Under the pieces are notes generated by a model, which was not told the DNA's origin, searched no databases, and saw only the letters and a program-made list of their open reading frames with translations. Both the position numbers and the translations under genes were made by a program. A DNA stretch of 62,566 nucleotides, the filler included. It is 6 parts of 6 records of this genome, joined end to end, with 100 filler letters (N's around TTAATTAATTAA, not from the genome) between each part and the next. Parts side by side here need not be neighbours in the genome. Positions count along the whole stretch, not along the records: positions 27,298 to 36,169 come from SRR2962707_566; positions 36,270 to 42,787 come from SRR2962707_567; 4 more parts are not named here. One strand, 5' to 3'. Of the stretch, positions 27,548 to 37,956 are shown piece after piece. The stretch's first letter is position 1. Every line of letters begins with the position of its first letter.

Positions 27548-28211
27548 TTCCAATGTGGTGGTCATTACCGGTGCCAATCGGGGTATTGGTCTGGAGCTGG
27601 CCCGGCACTATGCCGCTGAGGGCTGCGAGGTCATTGGCGTATGCCGACAGTCCTCGGAAGGGCTTGCCGGTGTGGCGGGTCAGGTGATCGACGGCGTGGA
27701 TGTCACCACCGATGCCGGCATCGATAAGCTGAAATCCGGTCTGGCGGGCAAGCGTATCAGCCTGCTGATCAACAACGCCGGCCTGCTGCAGGACGAGCAG
27801 CTGGGCAGTATCGACTTCGACTCCATTCGCACCCAGATGGAAATCAACGCCTACGCGCCACTGCGCGTGGCCGAAGCCCTGGCGCCTCTGATGGGGCAGG
27901 GCAGCAAGATCGCCAATATCACCAGCCGGATGGGCTCTATCGCCGACAACGACTCCGGCGGCCGTTATGGCTATCGGGCGTCGAAGGCTGCGCTGAACGC
28001 TTTCGGTAAATCCCTGGCGGTGGATCTCAAACCCAGGGGTATTGCCGTGGCGCAGCTGCATCCCGGTTATGTGAAAACACGAATGGTGAACTTTGGCGGG
28101 CTGATCACTCCAGAAGAGTCTGCCAGGGGGCTGGCCGAGCGCATCGCCAATCTGACCCTGGAGAATACCGGGTCATTCTGGCACAGCAACGGTGAGGAAC
28201 TGCCCTGGTGA
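27540..28211 (+). CDS. Short-chain dehydrogenase (CsgA/C-factor-like)
   Basis: TGANRGIG, NNAG, SRMGS, YRASK, HPGYVKT. Confidence 0.92.
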   Translation: MSDSNVVVITGANRGIGLELARHYAAEGCEVIGVCRQSSEGLAGVAGQVIDGVDVTTDAGIDKLKSGLAGKRISLLINNAGLLQDEQLGSIDFDSIRTQMEINAYAPLRVAEALAPLMGQGSKIANITSRMGSIADNDSGGRYGYRASKAALNAFGKSLAVDLKPRGIAVAQLHPGYVKTRMVNFGGLITPEESARGLAERIANLTLENTGSFWHSNGEELPW

Positions 28212-28212
28212 C

Positions 28213-28827
28213 TTGGCTTTGACCGGGCTGTTGTTGCAAGGGGTCAGCGTTGGCGCGCTGCGTGAAGTAACGCTGACCGTTCCCGGCGGACAGGTAGTGT
28301 GCCTGTCCGGTGCCTCTGGCAGTGGCAAGAGCCGGTTACTGCGCGCGGTGGCCGATCTGGAGCCCCACGGCGGTCAGATTTCTCTGGATAACCTCAATCA
28401 ACAGAGCGTACCGGCACATCAGTGGCGGCGCCAGGTGGTGATGGTGCCGGCGGAAAGCCAGTGGTGGTTTGATGAGGTAAGCGCCCACTTTCCCGAGGGG
28501 GCTGGTGAGCGTTTGCCTGCTGCTCTGGGTTTCCCTGCCGAGGTGATGGGCTGGTCGATCAGCCGGTTGTCCTCCGGTGAGCGACAAAGGCTCGCGTTGT
28601 GGCGGGCCCTGGTTCTGGAACCAGACGCGCTGCTGCTGGATGAACCGACCGCCAATCTGGATAACGAATCGACAGAGGCGATCGAACGCTGGCTGTTGCA
28701 GGAGATTGAACAGCGGCAGATCGCCACTTTGTGGGTCGCCCATGATTCCGCCCAGATTCATCGGGTAGCCAACGTTCACTATCGGATTCGAGGATCCGCA
28801 CTGGAGCCTGTCCATGGAAGTGATTGA
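28213..28827 (+). CDS. ABC ATP-binding protein (FetA/YbbL-like); start uncertain
   Basis: GASGSGKS, LSSGERQR, LLLDEPT, VAHD. Confidence 0.85.
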   Translation: MALTGLLLQGVSVGALREVTLTVPGGQVVCLSGASGSGKSRLLRAVADLEPHGGQISLDNLNQQSVPAHQWRRQVVMVPAESQWWFDEVSAHFPEGAGERLPAALGFPAEVMGWSISRLSSGERQRLALWRALVLEPDALLLDEPTANLDNESTEAIERWLLQEIEQRQIATLWVAHDSAQIHRVANVHYRIRGSALEPVHGSD

Positions 28828-29611
28828 CCTGGCCTGGTGGAAGCTGGGCCTGGCGGCCTTGTTGGTACTGGCGTTGGCAGCGACGGCTTACCTGGGGCGG
28901 CTGGGGATCACCCGCAGCCTGTTGGTGGCGGCCATACGAACGGTTATTCAGTTGGCTTTGATTGGCCTGGTACTGGAAGCCCTGTTTGCCTCTTCCGCCT
29001 TCTACTGGATTGCGCTGCTGGCGGCGGTCATGCTGCTGGTGGCTGGCCGGGAAGTGGTGGCGCGCCAGGGCCGACGCCTGAAAGGCGGGTGGGCGTTCGG
29101 GATCGGCACTGGCGCGATGTTCGTGTCGTCGTTTACCGTGACCGTGCTGGCACTGGCGGTGGTGATTGGTCCGGAGCCCTGGTATACCCCACAGTACGCG
29201 ATTCCTTTGCTGGGTATGATGCTGGGCAACACCATGACCGGGGTCAGCCTGGCTCTGGATCGTCTGAATGATTCGGTCTGGCGCCAGCGGGCGGTAATCG
29301 AGAACCGGCTGATGCTGGGCCAGACCTGGCAACAGGCACTGGAAGATATTCGCCGGGAAGCCATGCGCAGTGGCATGATGCCCTCCATTAACGCCATGGC
29401 AGCAGCCGGCATTGTCAGCCTGCCCGGCATGATGACCGGTCAGATACTGGCGGGCAGCCCGCCCGCGGTCGCCGTTAAGTACCAGATATTGGTTATGCTG
29501 ATTATTACCGTCGGCACGGGGTTTGGCGCGGTGATGGCGGTCAGTTGGGGAGGCCGGCGGCTGTTTGATGACCGGGAGCGCCTGCGGCTGGATCGTTTAA
29601 CCAAACCGTGA
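28814..29611 (+). CDS. ABC permease, FetB/YbbM (UPF0014) family
   Basis: RTVIQL, PQYAIPLLGMMLGN, GIVSLPGMMTGQILAG...AVKYQI. Confidence 0.9.
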   Translation: MEVIDLAWWKLGLAALLVLALAATAYLGRLGITRSLLVAAIRTVIQLALIGLVLEALFASSAFYWIALLAAVMLLVAGREVVARQGRRLKGGWAFGIGTGAMFVSSFTVTVLALAVVIGPEPWYTPQYAIPLLGMMLGNTMTGVSLALDRLNDSVWRQRAVIENRLMLGQTWQQALEDIRREAMRSGMMPSINAMAAAGIVSLPGMMTGQILAGSPPAVAVKYQILVMLIITVGTGFGAVMAVSWGGRRLFDDRERLRLDRLTKP

Positions 29612-29689
29612 CCGGGCACCAAAGTCGCATGGGGTCTCAGTCGAGTTTCGAGCTAGGCTTGGTTTTCCGGTAACCGCAAAGACAATAAT

Positions 29690-30865
29690 ATGACCAGCCT
29701 ACTGCAACGTTATCCTTTGCCAGTCATTGTGCTAGCACAATTGTTCGGCACCTCCCTCTGGTTCAGTATCAACGGGGTCTGGCAATCCCTGTCAGCCGAA
29801 CTCGGGTTAGCGGAATCGGATCTGGGCCGGCTTACGCTGTCTGTTCAGGCGGGTTTTATTGCCGGTACGCTTGCTCTGGCGGTGACCGGCCTGGCGGATC
29901 GCTTCGGCGCCAGCCGCATCTTCCTTATTTCGAGCCTGATGGGCGCACTGGCGAACGCCGGCTTTGTAGTGGTGGCCGGGGTGTTTCCGTTGGACAGCCT
30001 GTTCCGGTTCGCTACCGGCCTGTGTCTGGCCGGAATTTATCCCCTGGGTATGAAACTGGTGATTGCCTGGACACCCAAATACGCCGGCGCCGCCCTGGCC
30101 TGGCTGGTGGGTATGCTGACTCTGGGTACCGCTCTGCCACATCTGATGCGAGGGGCAACATCAGGTATGCCCTGGGAGTGGCCACTGTTTGCATCGTCCT
30201 GTCTGGCGCTACTGGGCGGGCTGTTGGTGTTTCTGTTGGGTGACGGGCCGCACCTGCCCAAAGCCAGTGGGCGGCTTCCCCTTAGACAGGGACTGTCTGC
30301 TTTGCGCCTGCCCCGGTTCCGGGCCGTGGCGGGTGGTTATTTTGGCCACATGTGGGAGCTATACGCCTTCTGGACGCTGGTGCCGCTGTTGATCGGGCGA
30401 GAACTGCAGCGGCTGGGACAGGGTGATGCCTTGATCCCCTGGTTGTCGTTTGCGGTGATCGGTATGGGTGCCGCTGGATGTATTGGCGGCGGCCGGATCA
30501 GTCGGACTCTGGGTAGTGAGTGGGTTGCCCGGCGGGCGTTGATGGTGTCCGGGGTATTGTGCCTGCTCTATCCCTGGATGAACGGGCTGCCCCCGGAGTT
30601 GTTGATGGCGGCGTTACTGGTTTGGGGCGTCGCTGTGGTGGCCGATTCCCCGCAATTCTCCGCGCTGGCTGCAGTCACGGCCCCGAAAGAAACCGTTGGC
30701 TCATCTCTGGCGGTCATGAACGCGGTCGGCTTTGGCCTGACCCTGCCCGCCATCTGGCTCACCAGTGGGCTCTGGAATGCCTGGGGGGTCTGGGTAGCGT
30801 TGCTGCTTTTGCCGGGACCGGTGTTCGGCCTGTGGTCACTGAGCCGGGGAAAGCCCGAGGCCTGA
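29690..30865 (+). CDS. MFS transporter
   Basis: About 12 TM helices; GLADRFGASR motif A; GYFGHMWELYAFW; ADSPQFSA. Confidence 0.9.
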   Translation: MTSLLQRYPLPVIVLAQLFGTSLWFSINGVWQSLSAELGLAESDLGRLTLSVQAGFIAGTLALAVTGLADRFGASRIFLISSLMGALANAGFVVVAGVFPLDSLFRFATGLCLAGIYPLGMKLVIAWTPKYAGAALAWLVGMLTLGTALPHLMRGATSGMPWEWPLFASSCLALLGGLLVFLLGDGPHLPKASGRLPLRQGLSALRLPRFRAVAGGYFGHMWELYAFWTLVPLLIGRELQRLGQGDALIPWLSFAVIGMGAAGCIGGGRISRTLGSEWVARRALMVSGVLCLLYPWMNGLPPELLMAALLVWGVAVVADSPQFSALAAVTAPKETVGSSLAVMNAVGFGLTLPAIWLTSGLWNAWGVWVALLLLPGPVFGLWSLSRGKPEA

Positions 30866-30905
30866 TATACTTGCCGATTACGTCGACCTCCTGCTTTGGA
30901 CCGTC

Positions 30906-31997
30906 ATGACCCAACGCATTCTGTTATTGTCCGCTTATGATGCTGCCAGTCATCAGCGCTGGCGCGAGCAATTGGTCGCCATGCTGCCCGATTATCATTG
31001 GCAGACGCTGGCGCTTCCGCCCAGGTTCTTCCAGTGGCGGATTCGAGGTAATCCGGTGAGCTGGCTGGATCAGCCCTACCTTGAAGAATCCTGGGACCTG
31101 GTCATTGCCACTTCCATGGTTGATCTGGCCACCTTGCGCGGGCTGCACCCTCGAATCGCGAACACCCCCTGTCTGCTTTATATGCATGAGAACCAGTTTG
31201 CCTTTCCGGTCAGCGATCAGCAGCGGAGCCGGGTGGAGCCGCAGATGGTCAATCTCTACAGCGCTCTGGCCGCCGATGCGGTGGTCTTTAACAGTGCCTG
31301 GAACCGGGACAGCTTTCTGCAGGGCGTCGAAGACTTTCTCAACAAGATGCCGGATGCGGTGCCTGGCGGGGTGATAGAAACGCTCTGGGAAAGGTCTTCG
31401 GTGCTGCCGGTGCCGATTGAAGACCGCTTGTTTATCGAGCAGCCACGGTCCGTGAACCGGGAACGACCGCATCTGTTATGGAATCATCGCTGGGAATACG
31501 ACAAGGGGCCCGACCGGTTGTTCGGCCTGCTGGAACAGCTGGAGCAGCGCAAGCTGGACTATTGCATCAGTGTGGTGGGTGAAGGCTTTCGCAGCCGCCC
31601 GCAAGCCTTTGACCGGATTTACCAGCAATTTGCCCGCCGCATTGAACACTGGGGCTTTCTGGAACACCGGCAAGATTACGATCGGCTGTTGCGCAGTGCC
31701 GATATTGTGGTGTCGACCGCCCTGCACGATTTCCAGGGTCTGGCGATGCTGGAGGCGATGGCATCCGGGTGCTTGCCGCTGGCACCGGACCGGCTGGCCT
31801 ACCGGGAATATGTGCCGGCAGGCTGCCGATACCGGAGCCTGGACTCTGACCCCGGCGGGGAAGCCCAAGCGGCGGCTGAACGGCTGGCGCTGCTATTAAA
31901 GCAATCTCCCGAGCTGAACCCGCCACAAGGCTGGCGGGCGTCAGAACTGGCCCCGAAGTACCAGGCGCTGGTTCAGCAGTTGATGGCGCGGGCTTAG
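30906..31997 (+). CDS. DUF3524 / GTDC1(QTMAN)-like GT-B glycosyltransferase
   Basis: SHQRW, LPPRFFQWRIRG, LYMHENQF, VFNSAWN, WNHRWEYDKGP, HDFQGLAMLEA. Confidence 0.85.
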   Translation: MTQRILLLSAYDAASHQRWREQLVAMLPDYHWQTLALPPRFFQWRIRGNPVSWLDQPYLEESWDLVIATSMVDLATLRGLHPRIANTPCLLYMHENQFAFPVSDQQRSRVEPQMVNLYSALAADAVVFNSAWNRDSFLQGVEDFLNKMPDAVPGGVIETLWERSSVLPVPIEDRLFIEQPRSVNRERPHLLWNHRWEYDKGPDRLFGLLEQLEQRKLDYCISVVGEGFRSRPQAFDRIYQQFARRIEHWGFLEHRQDYDRLLRSADIVVSTALHDFQGLAMLEAMASGCLPLAPDRLAYREYVPAGCRYRSLDSDPGGEAQAAAERLALLLKQSPELNPPQGWRASELAPKYQALVQQLMARA

Positions 31998-32398
31998 TGG
32001 TTCTGCTCCGGGACTTCCCGGATGCGGCCATGCTCATCAATCGCCACGTACACAAACAGACCTTCAGTCACCTTGCGGGGTGTCTTGGAGGCGCGGTCCA
32101 GTGTCCAGACTTCCACGTTGATTTTCATGGAGCTGCGGCCGATGTCCACCAATTCACAGTAACAGCACACCTGGGAGCCCACACGCAAGGGTGACAGAAA
32201 CTCCATTCTGTCCATCGCGACGGTGGCATTACGGCCCTGGGAAATGCGACCAGCCATGGTCGCTGCCGCAATATCCATCTGTTTGACCAGCCAGCCGGCG
32301 AAGACGTCGCCGTTGGCATTGGTGTCTGACGGCAGTGGCACCACCTGCAGCATCATCTCGCCCCGGGGGGCCGGTTTGTCATCATCGTACGCAGTCAT
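31994..32398 (-). CDS. Acyl-CoA thioesterase (YciA-like hotdog)
   Basis: PSDTNANGDVFAGWLVKQMD...GRSSM...FVYVAID. Confidence 0.9.
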   Translation of the reverse strand: MTAYDDDKPAPRGEMMLQVVPLPSDTNANGDVFAGWLVKQMDIAAATMAGRISQGRNATVAMDRMEFLSPLRVGSQVCCYCELVDIGRSSMKINVEVWTLDRASKTPRKVTEGLFVYVAIDEHGRIREVPEQNH

Positions 32399-32498
32399 CA
32401 GGATCGCCTGTACAGCTTGTGAGTTGTTTTCTGTGCATGGTAACGGGCTGGCGCGGGGCTGCAAGAAAATTTGAACAATGACAGCTATATTTCAAAAG

Positions 32499-32516
32499 CT
32501 GTAACAAAGTTGTCAC
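32499..32516 (+). promoter_or_regulatory. Pho box (PhoB site)
   Basis: CTGTAAC-AAAG-TTGTCAC, two half-sites 11 bp apart, about 80 nt upstream of pstS. Confidence 0.85.
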
Positions 32517-32593
32517 AGAGTGCCCCTAGGATGCAGTCATCGGTAAAGCAGATCCGACACAACGTCCAAAGTAAATAATGGAGACTCGACGTG

Positions 32594-33643
32594 ATGAAAC
32601 TGAACAAAGCACTTGCAACCGTTGCGCTGGCCGGCTCTGTTGCCGCCCTGTCTGCACCGGCCATGGCCCGTGACACCATCAGCATCGTGGGCTCTTCCAC
32701 CGTGTATCCGTTCGCTACAGTGGTAGCCGAGCGTTTTGGTGCCAACACTGATTTCCCGACACCCAAGCTGGAATCCACCGGCTCCGGTGGCGGCCTGAAG
32801 CTGTTCTGTCAGGGCGTAGGCACCCAGCACCCGGACATCACCAACGCTTCCCGTCGTATGAAGCCGTCCGAGTTTGATCTGTGCCAGAGCAATGGCGTGA
32901 AGGACATCACCGAGTTCCGCATTGGTTCTGACGGCATCGTGATCGCCAGCTCCAAAGAAGCTGAAAATCTTGAAGTAACCCTGGAGCAGCTGTTCCTGGC
33001 GCTGGGTAAAGAAGTACCCAACCCGAAAAACGAGAATGAGCTGATCGCCAACCCGTACAAGAACTGGAGCGACATCGATTCCAGCCTGCCGAACAAGCCG
33101 ATCCGTGTGATGGGGCCGCCTCCGACTTCCGGTACCCGTGACTCCTTCAACGAGCTGGCTCTGCAGGGCGGCTGTGAAGACCTGCCTGCAGTTGCCAACA
33201 TGAGTGAAGATGACATGGAAGGTGTGTGTCAGAGCATTCGCGAAGACGGCGCTTTCATCGAAGCAGGTGAGAATGACAACCTGATCGTCCAGAAGCTGAT
33301 CGGCGATACCGGCATGTACGGCGTCTTCGGTTACAGCTTCCTGGAAGAGAATGCTGATCGTCTGCAGGCCGCTACCCTGAACGGCAAGGTGCCGACTGCC
33401 GAAGGTATTGCTGCCGATGAGTACCCGGTTGCGCGTTCACTGTTCTTCTACGTGAAAAAAGCCCACGTTGGTGTTGTTCCTGGCATCCAGGAATACGCTC
33501 AGGAGTTTACCGGCATGGGCGCCATGGGCCCGAATGGCTACCTGAAAAGCGTTGGTCTGATCGTTCCGCCGCGCGATGCGCTGATGGATCTGCAGGAGAA
33601 GGCTGAAAAGATGCCTAACCTGACCAAAGACGAGCTGATGTAA
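32594..33643 (+). CDS. pstS: Phosphate ABC transporter binding protein
   Basis: IVGSSTVYP, STGSGGGLKLFC, PPPTSGTRDSF, YPVARSLFFY. Confidence 0.95.
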   Translation: MKLNKALATVALAGSVAALSAPAMARDTISIVGSSTVYPFATVVAERFGANTDFPTPKLESTGSGGGLKLFCQGVGTQHPDITNASRRMKPSEFDLCQSNGVKDITEFRIGSDGIVIASSKEAENLEVTLEQLFLALGKEVPNPKNENELIANPYKNWSDIDSSLPNKPIRVMGPPPTSGTRDSFNELALQGGCEDLPAVANMSEDDMEGVCQSIREDGAFIEAGENDNLIVQKLIGDTGMYGVFGYSFLEENADRLQAATLNGKVPTAEGIAADEYPVARSLFFYVKKAHVGVVPGIQEYAQEFTGMGAMGPNGYLKSVGLIVPPRDALMDLQEKAEKMPNLTKDELM

Positions 33644-33666
33644 GCGCGGACTACCGCGAGTAGTGA

Positions 33667-33704
33667 GCGAAAGGGTGCGGCTCTGAAGGGCCGCACCCTT
33701 TCGC
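33667..33704 (+). terminator. 15-bp stem-loop after pstS
   Basis: GCGAAAGGGTGCGGC...GCCGCACCCTTTCGC. Confidence 0.7.
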
Positions 33705-33784
33705 ACGTAAGATAGTTGAAAGTGCGAATTGGTTTTTTACGCTTTACACTTGTGACCTGCTAAACGTGTCAAACAGGAATTTTC

Positions 33785-35173
33785 ATGCAACCGGCTAACC
33801 TCATGCTATTGGTCATTGCCTTCGTGGTGGTGGCTTATGGTCTTGGATATGCCCGCTCCCGCTCATTGGCCATGCCGATGGGTGGTATCCGGCATCTCAA
33901 ATCCCTGCCGTTCTATTACGGTGCCCGTGCTGCGCTCTGGTGCGGCATTCCGGCATTGATTGTGCTGGCACTGTGGGCGGCATTTCAGGGTAAAGTCATT
34001 CAGTTGCTGGTGATCGGCTCCCTGCCACCAGACCTGGTGCCGGAAGGGGCAGGGCAGGCCAGTCTGCTGCTCAGCAAAATCAGCAACGTGGCCAGTGGCG
34101 CCCTGCCTCCGGGCTTTGTCGAGGCTCCGATTGCCGAGGCAGCCGAGCGGTTGCAGGCGTTGCGTGCTCAAAGTCGGCTCTACATGTCGGTTCTGGTTGT
34201 GGCCGTTGCAGTGCTGGCCGGCTTTCTGGGCTGGATCCGGATCAGCCCGAAGCTGAATGCCCGGAGCCAGGTTGAAACCACCCTGAAGTGGATCTTTTTC
34301 GCCTGCGCTGCGCTGGCGATCCTCACCACGGTTGGCATTGTCTTTTCGGTTGCCTTTGAGACCTTCCGTTTCTTCCAGAAGATTTCCTTCTTTGAGTTTT
34401 TCTTCGGCACCCAATGGAGCCCCCAGACGGCGTTGCGCGCCGATCAGGTGGCAGCCGAGGGCGCCTTCGGGATGGTGCCCCTGTTTACAGGCACGCTCCT
34501 GATCTCTGCCATTGCCATGGTGGTTGCGGTACCGGTAGGGCTTTTATCGGCCATCTATCTGTCTGAGTATGCCAACAAGCGGGTACGGGGTATTTTCAAG
34601 CCGCTGCTGGAAATGCTGGCGGGTATTCCGACTGTGGTTTACGGCTTCTTTGCCGCCCTGACGGTGGCGCCGTTTATCAGTGATTTTGCCGCTTCCCTGG
34701 GTATCAATGCGTCTTCCCAAAGTGCCCTGGCAGCCGGTGGGGTGATGGGCATCATGATTATTCCTTTCGTTTCCTCTCTTTCCGACGACGTTATCAACGC
34801 CGTGCCGCAAACACTCCGGGATGGTTCGCTGGCACTCGGCGCCACCCAGTCCGAGACCATGAAAAAGGTTATCTTCCCTGCGGCATTGCCCGGGATCATG
34901 GGCGGGATACTGCTGGCGGTATCCCGGGCCATTGGTGAAACGATGATTGTGGTGATGGCTGCAGGCCTGGCGGCGAATCTGACCGCTAACCCGCTGGAAT
35001 CGGTGACCACCGTAACCGTGCAGATTGTCACCCTGCTGACCGGTGACCAGGAGTTCGACAGCGCCAAAACTCTGGCCGCCTTCGCCCTGGGTGCGATGCT
35101 GTTCCTGGCCACGCTCCTGCTTAACGTTATTGCTCTGAAAATTGTCCGCAAATATCGGGAACAGTATGACTGA
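33785..35173 (+). CDS. pstC: Phosphate ABC permease PstC (N-terminally extended)
   Basis: AIYLSEYA, LAGIPTVVYG, DGSLALGAT, SRAIGETM. Confidence 0.95.
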   Translation: MQPANLMLLVIAFVVVAYGLGYARSRSLAMPMGGIRHLKSLPFYYGARAALWCGIPALIVLALWAAFQGKVIQLLVIGSLPPDLVPEGAGQASLLLSKISNVASGALPPGFVEAPIAEAAERLQALRAQSRLYMSVLVVAVAVLAGFLGWIRISPKLNARSQVETTLKWIFFACAALAILTTVGIVFSVAFETFRFFQKISFFEFFFGTQWSPQTALRADQVAAEGAFGMVPLFTGTLLISAIAMVVAVPVGLLSAIYLSEYANKRVRGIFKPLLEMLAGIPTVVYGFFAALTVAPFISDFAASLGINASSQSALAAGGVMGIMIIPFVSSLSDDVINAVPQTLRDGSLALGATQSETMKKVIFPAALPGIMGGILLAVSRAIGETMIVVMAAGLAANLTANPLESVTTVTVQIVTLLTGDQEFDSAKTLAAFALGAMLFLATLLLNVIALKIVRKYREQYD

Positions 35174-36169
35174 TCAACGTTCACAGGCGGAACTTGTCCG
35201 CCAGTCACTCAAGCGCCGTTACCGCAAGGAGCGCCGCTTCCGTGCCTATGGTATCGCTGCCATCGCCATTGCCCTGTCGGCTCTGGTGATCCTGTTTGCC
35301 GATATTATTGGCAAGGGCCATACCGCCTTTATCAAAACCACCGTTACCCTGGAGGTGGATATCGACGGTGAGGCCATGTATCTGGACGACGCGTCCGACG
35401 AACGCCAGATGAAAATGGCCGACTTTGTCGAGCCCTTGATCCGCGCCTTGATGAAAGAAATCCCGGAAGCCGGGGAGTCGGACAGGGACGATGTCCGAGA
35501 TCTGATCAACCCCTATGCCTCCAATCAGCTGCGGGATGCGCTTCGGGAAAACCCGGAGTTGCTTAATACCACCCAGACCATGACCTTCCTGTCCCATACC
35601 GATGTGGATGTGTACGTCAAACATGCCGGGGATGAGAACTACTCCATCAAGCTGAACGAGAAGCAGCAGGCGTGGGTAGATACATTGTACGAGCGCGGCG
35701 TGGTGGATACCGGTTTCAATGACGTGTTTTTCAGCCGGGGCGATTCCCGGGATCCGTCCCGTGCCGGCATTCTCGGGGCGATTGTTGGCTCTTTGCTGAC
35801 CATGGTTGTGACTCTGGCGCTGTCGTTCCCGATCGGGGTGGCTGCGGCCATCTATCTGGAGGAGTTCGCGCCCCAGAACAAACTGACCGACTTCATTGAG
35901 GTCAACATCAACAACCTGGCGGCGGTACCCTCGATCATCTTCGGTCTGCTGGGTCTGGCCGTGTTCATCAACCTGTTCGGCATGCCGCGTTCGGTGCCAG
36001 TGGTGGGTGGTCTGGTACTGACCCTGATGACCCTGCCCACTATCATTATTTCCAGCCGTGCGGCGATCAAGAGTGTGCCGCCTTCCATCCGTGAGGCGGC
36101 CGAGGGCATCGGTGCCTCCAAGATGCAGGTGGTGTTGCACCATGTGCTGCCGCTGGCCATGCCGGGCAT
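35166..36169 (+). CDS. pstA: Phosphate ABC permease PstA, 3' truncated by contig end
   Basis: AAIYLEEFA, INNLAAVPSIIFG, SIREAAEGIGAS. Confidence 0.95.
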
Positions 36170-36269
36170 NNNNNNNNNNNNNNNNNNNNNNNNNNNNNNN
36201 NNNNNNNNNNNNNTTAATTAATTAANNNNNNNNNNNNNNNNNNNNNNNNNNNNNNNNNNNNNNNNNNNN

Positions 36270-37421
36270 GAATATGGCTTTCCCGAAAGCCATGCGGCCT
36301 CGTTTGCCCTGCTGGTCTATGCCTCGTGCTGGCTCAAATGCCATTACCCCGATGTGTTTGCCACCGCCCTGCTCAACAGCCAGCCCATGGGGTTCTACGC
36401 TCCCTCCCAGATCATCCGCGATGCCATCGAGCATGGCGTGGAGGTGCGCGCGGTCGATGTGAACCTGTCCGATCTCGAATGCGTGCTCGAAGGCGATAGC
36501 CGCCCCGCCCGCGACCATCTCTGGCCCCAGCACCAATCCATGACTGACCATGTCCATACCACCAGGGCGATCCGTCTGGGCCTCACCCATGCCGTGGGGC
36601 TGGCCGATGCCGACATCAACCGCATCGTGGCCCGCCGTGGCGCCGGTTATGACTCGGTGCGCGATCTCTGGCTGCGCACCCAGGTGCCCATTGCCAGTCT
36701 CGAAAAACTCGCCCGCGCCGACGCCTTTGCCTCGCTGGGCCTGTCGCGCCGCGAAGCGCTCTGGGCGGTCAAGGGGCTGATCGGCACTCATGGCGCCGAT
36801 ACCCTGCCGCTATTTGTTGCCGCCGGCAGCGTCCAGACCGATGTCGACAGCGAAACCGGCCTGCCCAAAATGCTGCCCGGCGAGGAGGTCATTCACGATT
36901 ATTCGACCCTGTCATTCTCGCTCAAGGGCCATCCGCTGCAATTCATCCGACCCATGCTGCAAGCGCGCCGCACCACGCGCTGCGATCAATTGCTCAATGT
37001 CAAACCGGGCAGCCGCATCGAAGTGGCCGGGCTGGTCCTGGTGCGCCAACGACCGGGCACGGCCAGCGGGGTAATCTTTGCCACGCTCGAGGACGAAACC
37101 GGTATCGCCAATATCGTGATCTGGCCAAAAACCTTTGAAGCCAATCGCAAGACCGTGCTGGGCGCCCGCCTGCTCGCGGTGCGCGGACAACTCCAGCGCG
37201 AGGGACTGGTGGTGCATATCATCGCCGAACAGCTCACCGACATGACCCATCATCTGCTCGATCTGGCGCATGACCAGGACATTGGCGACAGGATACTGGC
37301 GCGCGGCGATGAAGGCCGCTCAGGCCCCCAGCCCGGTCGCGACCACAAGGCGATGCTGGAAATCGAAAAGGCCCGCCGGGCCGCCTATGCTGCTCTGCCC
37401 GAAGGCCGCAATTTTCACTAG
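36270..37421 (+). CDS. dnaE2: Error-prone DNA polymerase DnaE2, 3' part
   Basis: EYGFPESHAASFALLVYAS...ALLNSQPMGFYAP...RQRPGTASGVIFATLEDETG...GRNFH C-terminal motif. Confidence 0.95.
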   Translation, partial: EYGFPESHAASFALLVYASCWLKCHYPDVFATALLNSQPMGFYAPSQIIRDAIEHGVEVRAVDVNLSDLECVLEGDSRPARDHLWPQHQSMTDHVHTTRAIRLGLTHAVGLADADINRIVARRGAGYDSVRDLWLRTQVPIASLEKLARADAFASLGLSRREALWAVKGLIGTHGADTLPLFVAAGSVQTDVDSETGLPKMLPGEEVIHDYSTLSFSLKGHPLQFIRPMLQARRTTRCDQLLNVKPGSRIEVAGLVLVRQRPGTASGVIFATLEDETGIANIVIWPKTFEANRKTVLGARLLAVRGQLQREGLVVHIIAEQLTDMTHHLLDLAHDQDIGDRILARGDEGRSGPQPGRDHKAMLEIEKARRAAYAALPEGRNFH

Positions 37422-37431
37422 GCCGCAAGGC

Positions 37432-37722
37432 TCAGCCCACGATGCGATCAATAGCCTGGGCCAGCGCCACATCCTTGGCACTCAGCCCGCCCGCATCATG
37501 GGTCGTCAATTTCACCCGCACCACATTGTAACCATTGGACCAGTCCGGGTGATGACCGGCCTTTTCCGCCGCCAGCGCGACCCGGCTCATAAAGCCGAAC
37601 GCCTCGGAGAAATCCTTGAACTTGAACACATGGCTGATGGCGTCATCCGCTGCATCATAGATCCAGCCATTGAGCCCGCGCAAAGCCGTCTCGCGGGCGG
37701 CATCGTTCAGCTTCTCAACCAT
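37432..37722 (-). CDS. phhB: Pterin-4-alpha-carbinolamine dehydratase
   Basis: [13 protein letters not shown]...[10 protein letters not shown]...[12 protein letters not shown]. Confidence 0.92.
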   Translation of the reverse strand: MVEKLNDAARETALRGLNGWIYDAADDAISHVFKFKDFSEAFGFMSRVALAAEKAGHHPDWSNGYNVVRVKLTTHDAGGLSAKDVALAQAIDRIVG

Positions 37723-37956
37723 AAATCACCCATTGGCAGTCTGTTAACGCCGCCATCAATAAGCGTGCAAAGCGACGCTTCCAAGGCACTGCGATTAACG
37801 CCGCGGCAACAGCTTGCCGCCAGTTTGTGTCACCAAAGGCCTGGCAATTGCGCCAGGCACAGGCGACCAGATCATCAGTGCAGGGGTCACAGTCTCACAG
37901 AACCGCAATTAACGCGGTCGGCAGGCCCGCTGACACAGCGCCGGGAGGAACAGCGC

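Noticed and set aside
10311-36169. Na/Pi cluster and pstSCA as a single phosphate island
   Set aside because: Different contigs and apparently different bacterial classes
7104-37421. SRAP, ligD and dnaE2 as one mutagenic repair cassette
   Set aside because: dnaE2 is on a different contig; SRAP and ligD are 19 kb apart and ligD is broken
37270-37956. 646-aa extended binding-protein ORF
   Set aside because: The extension overlaps dnaE2 and antisense phhB; the signal peptide and SD point to 37957
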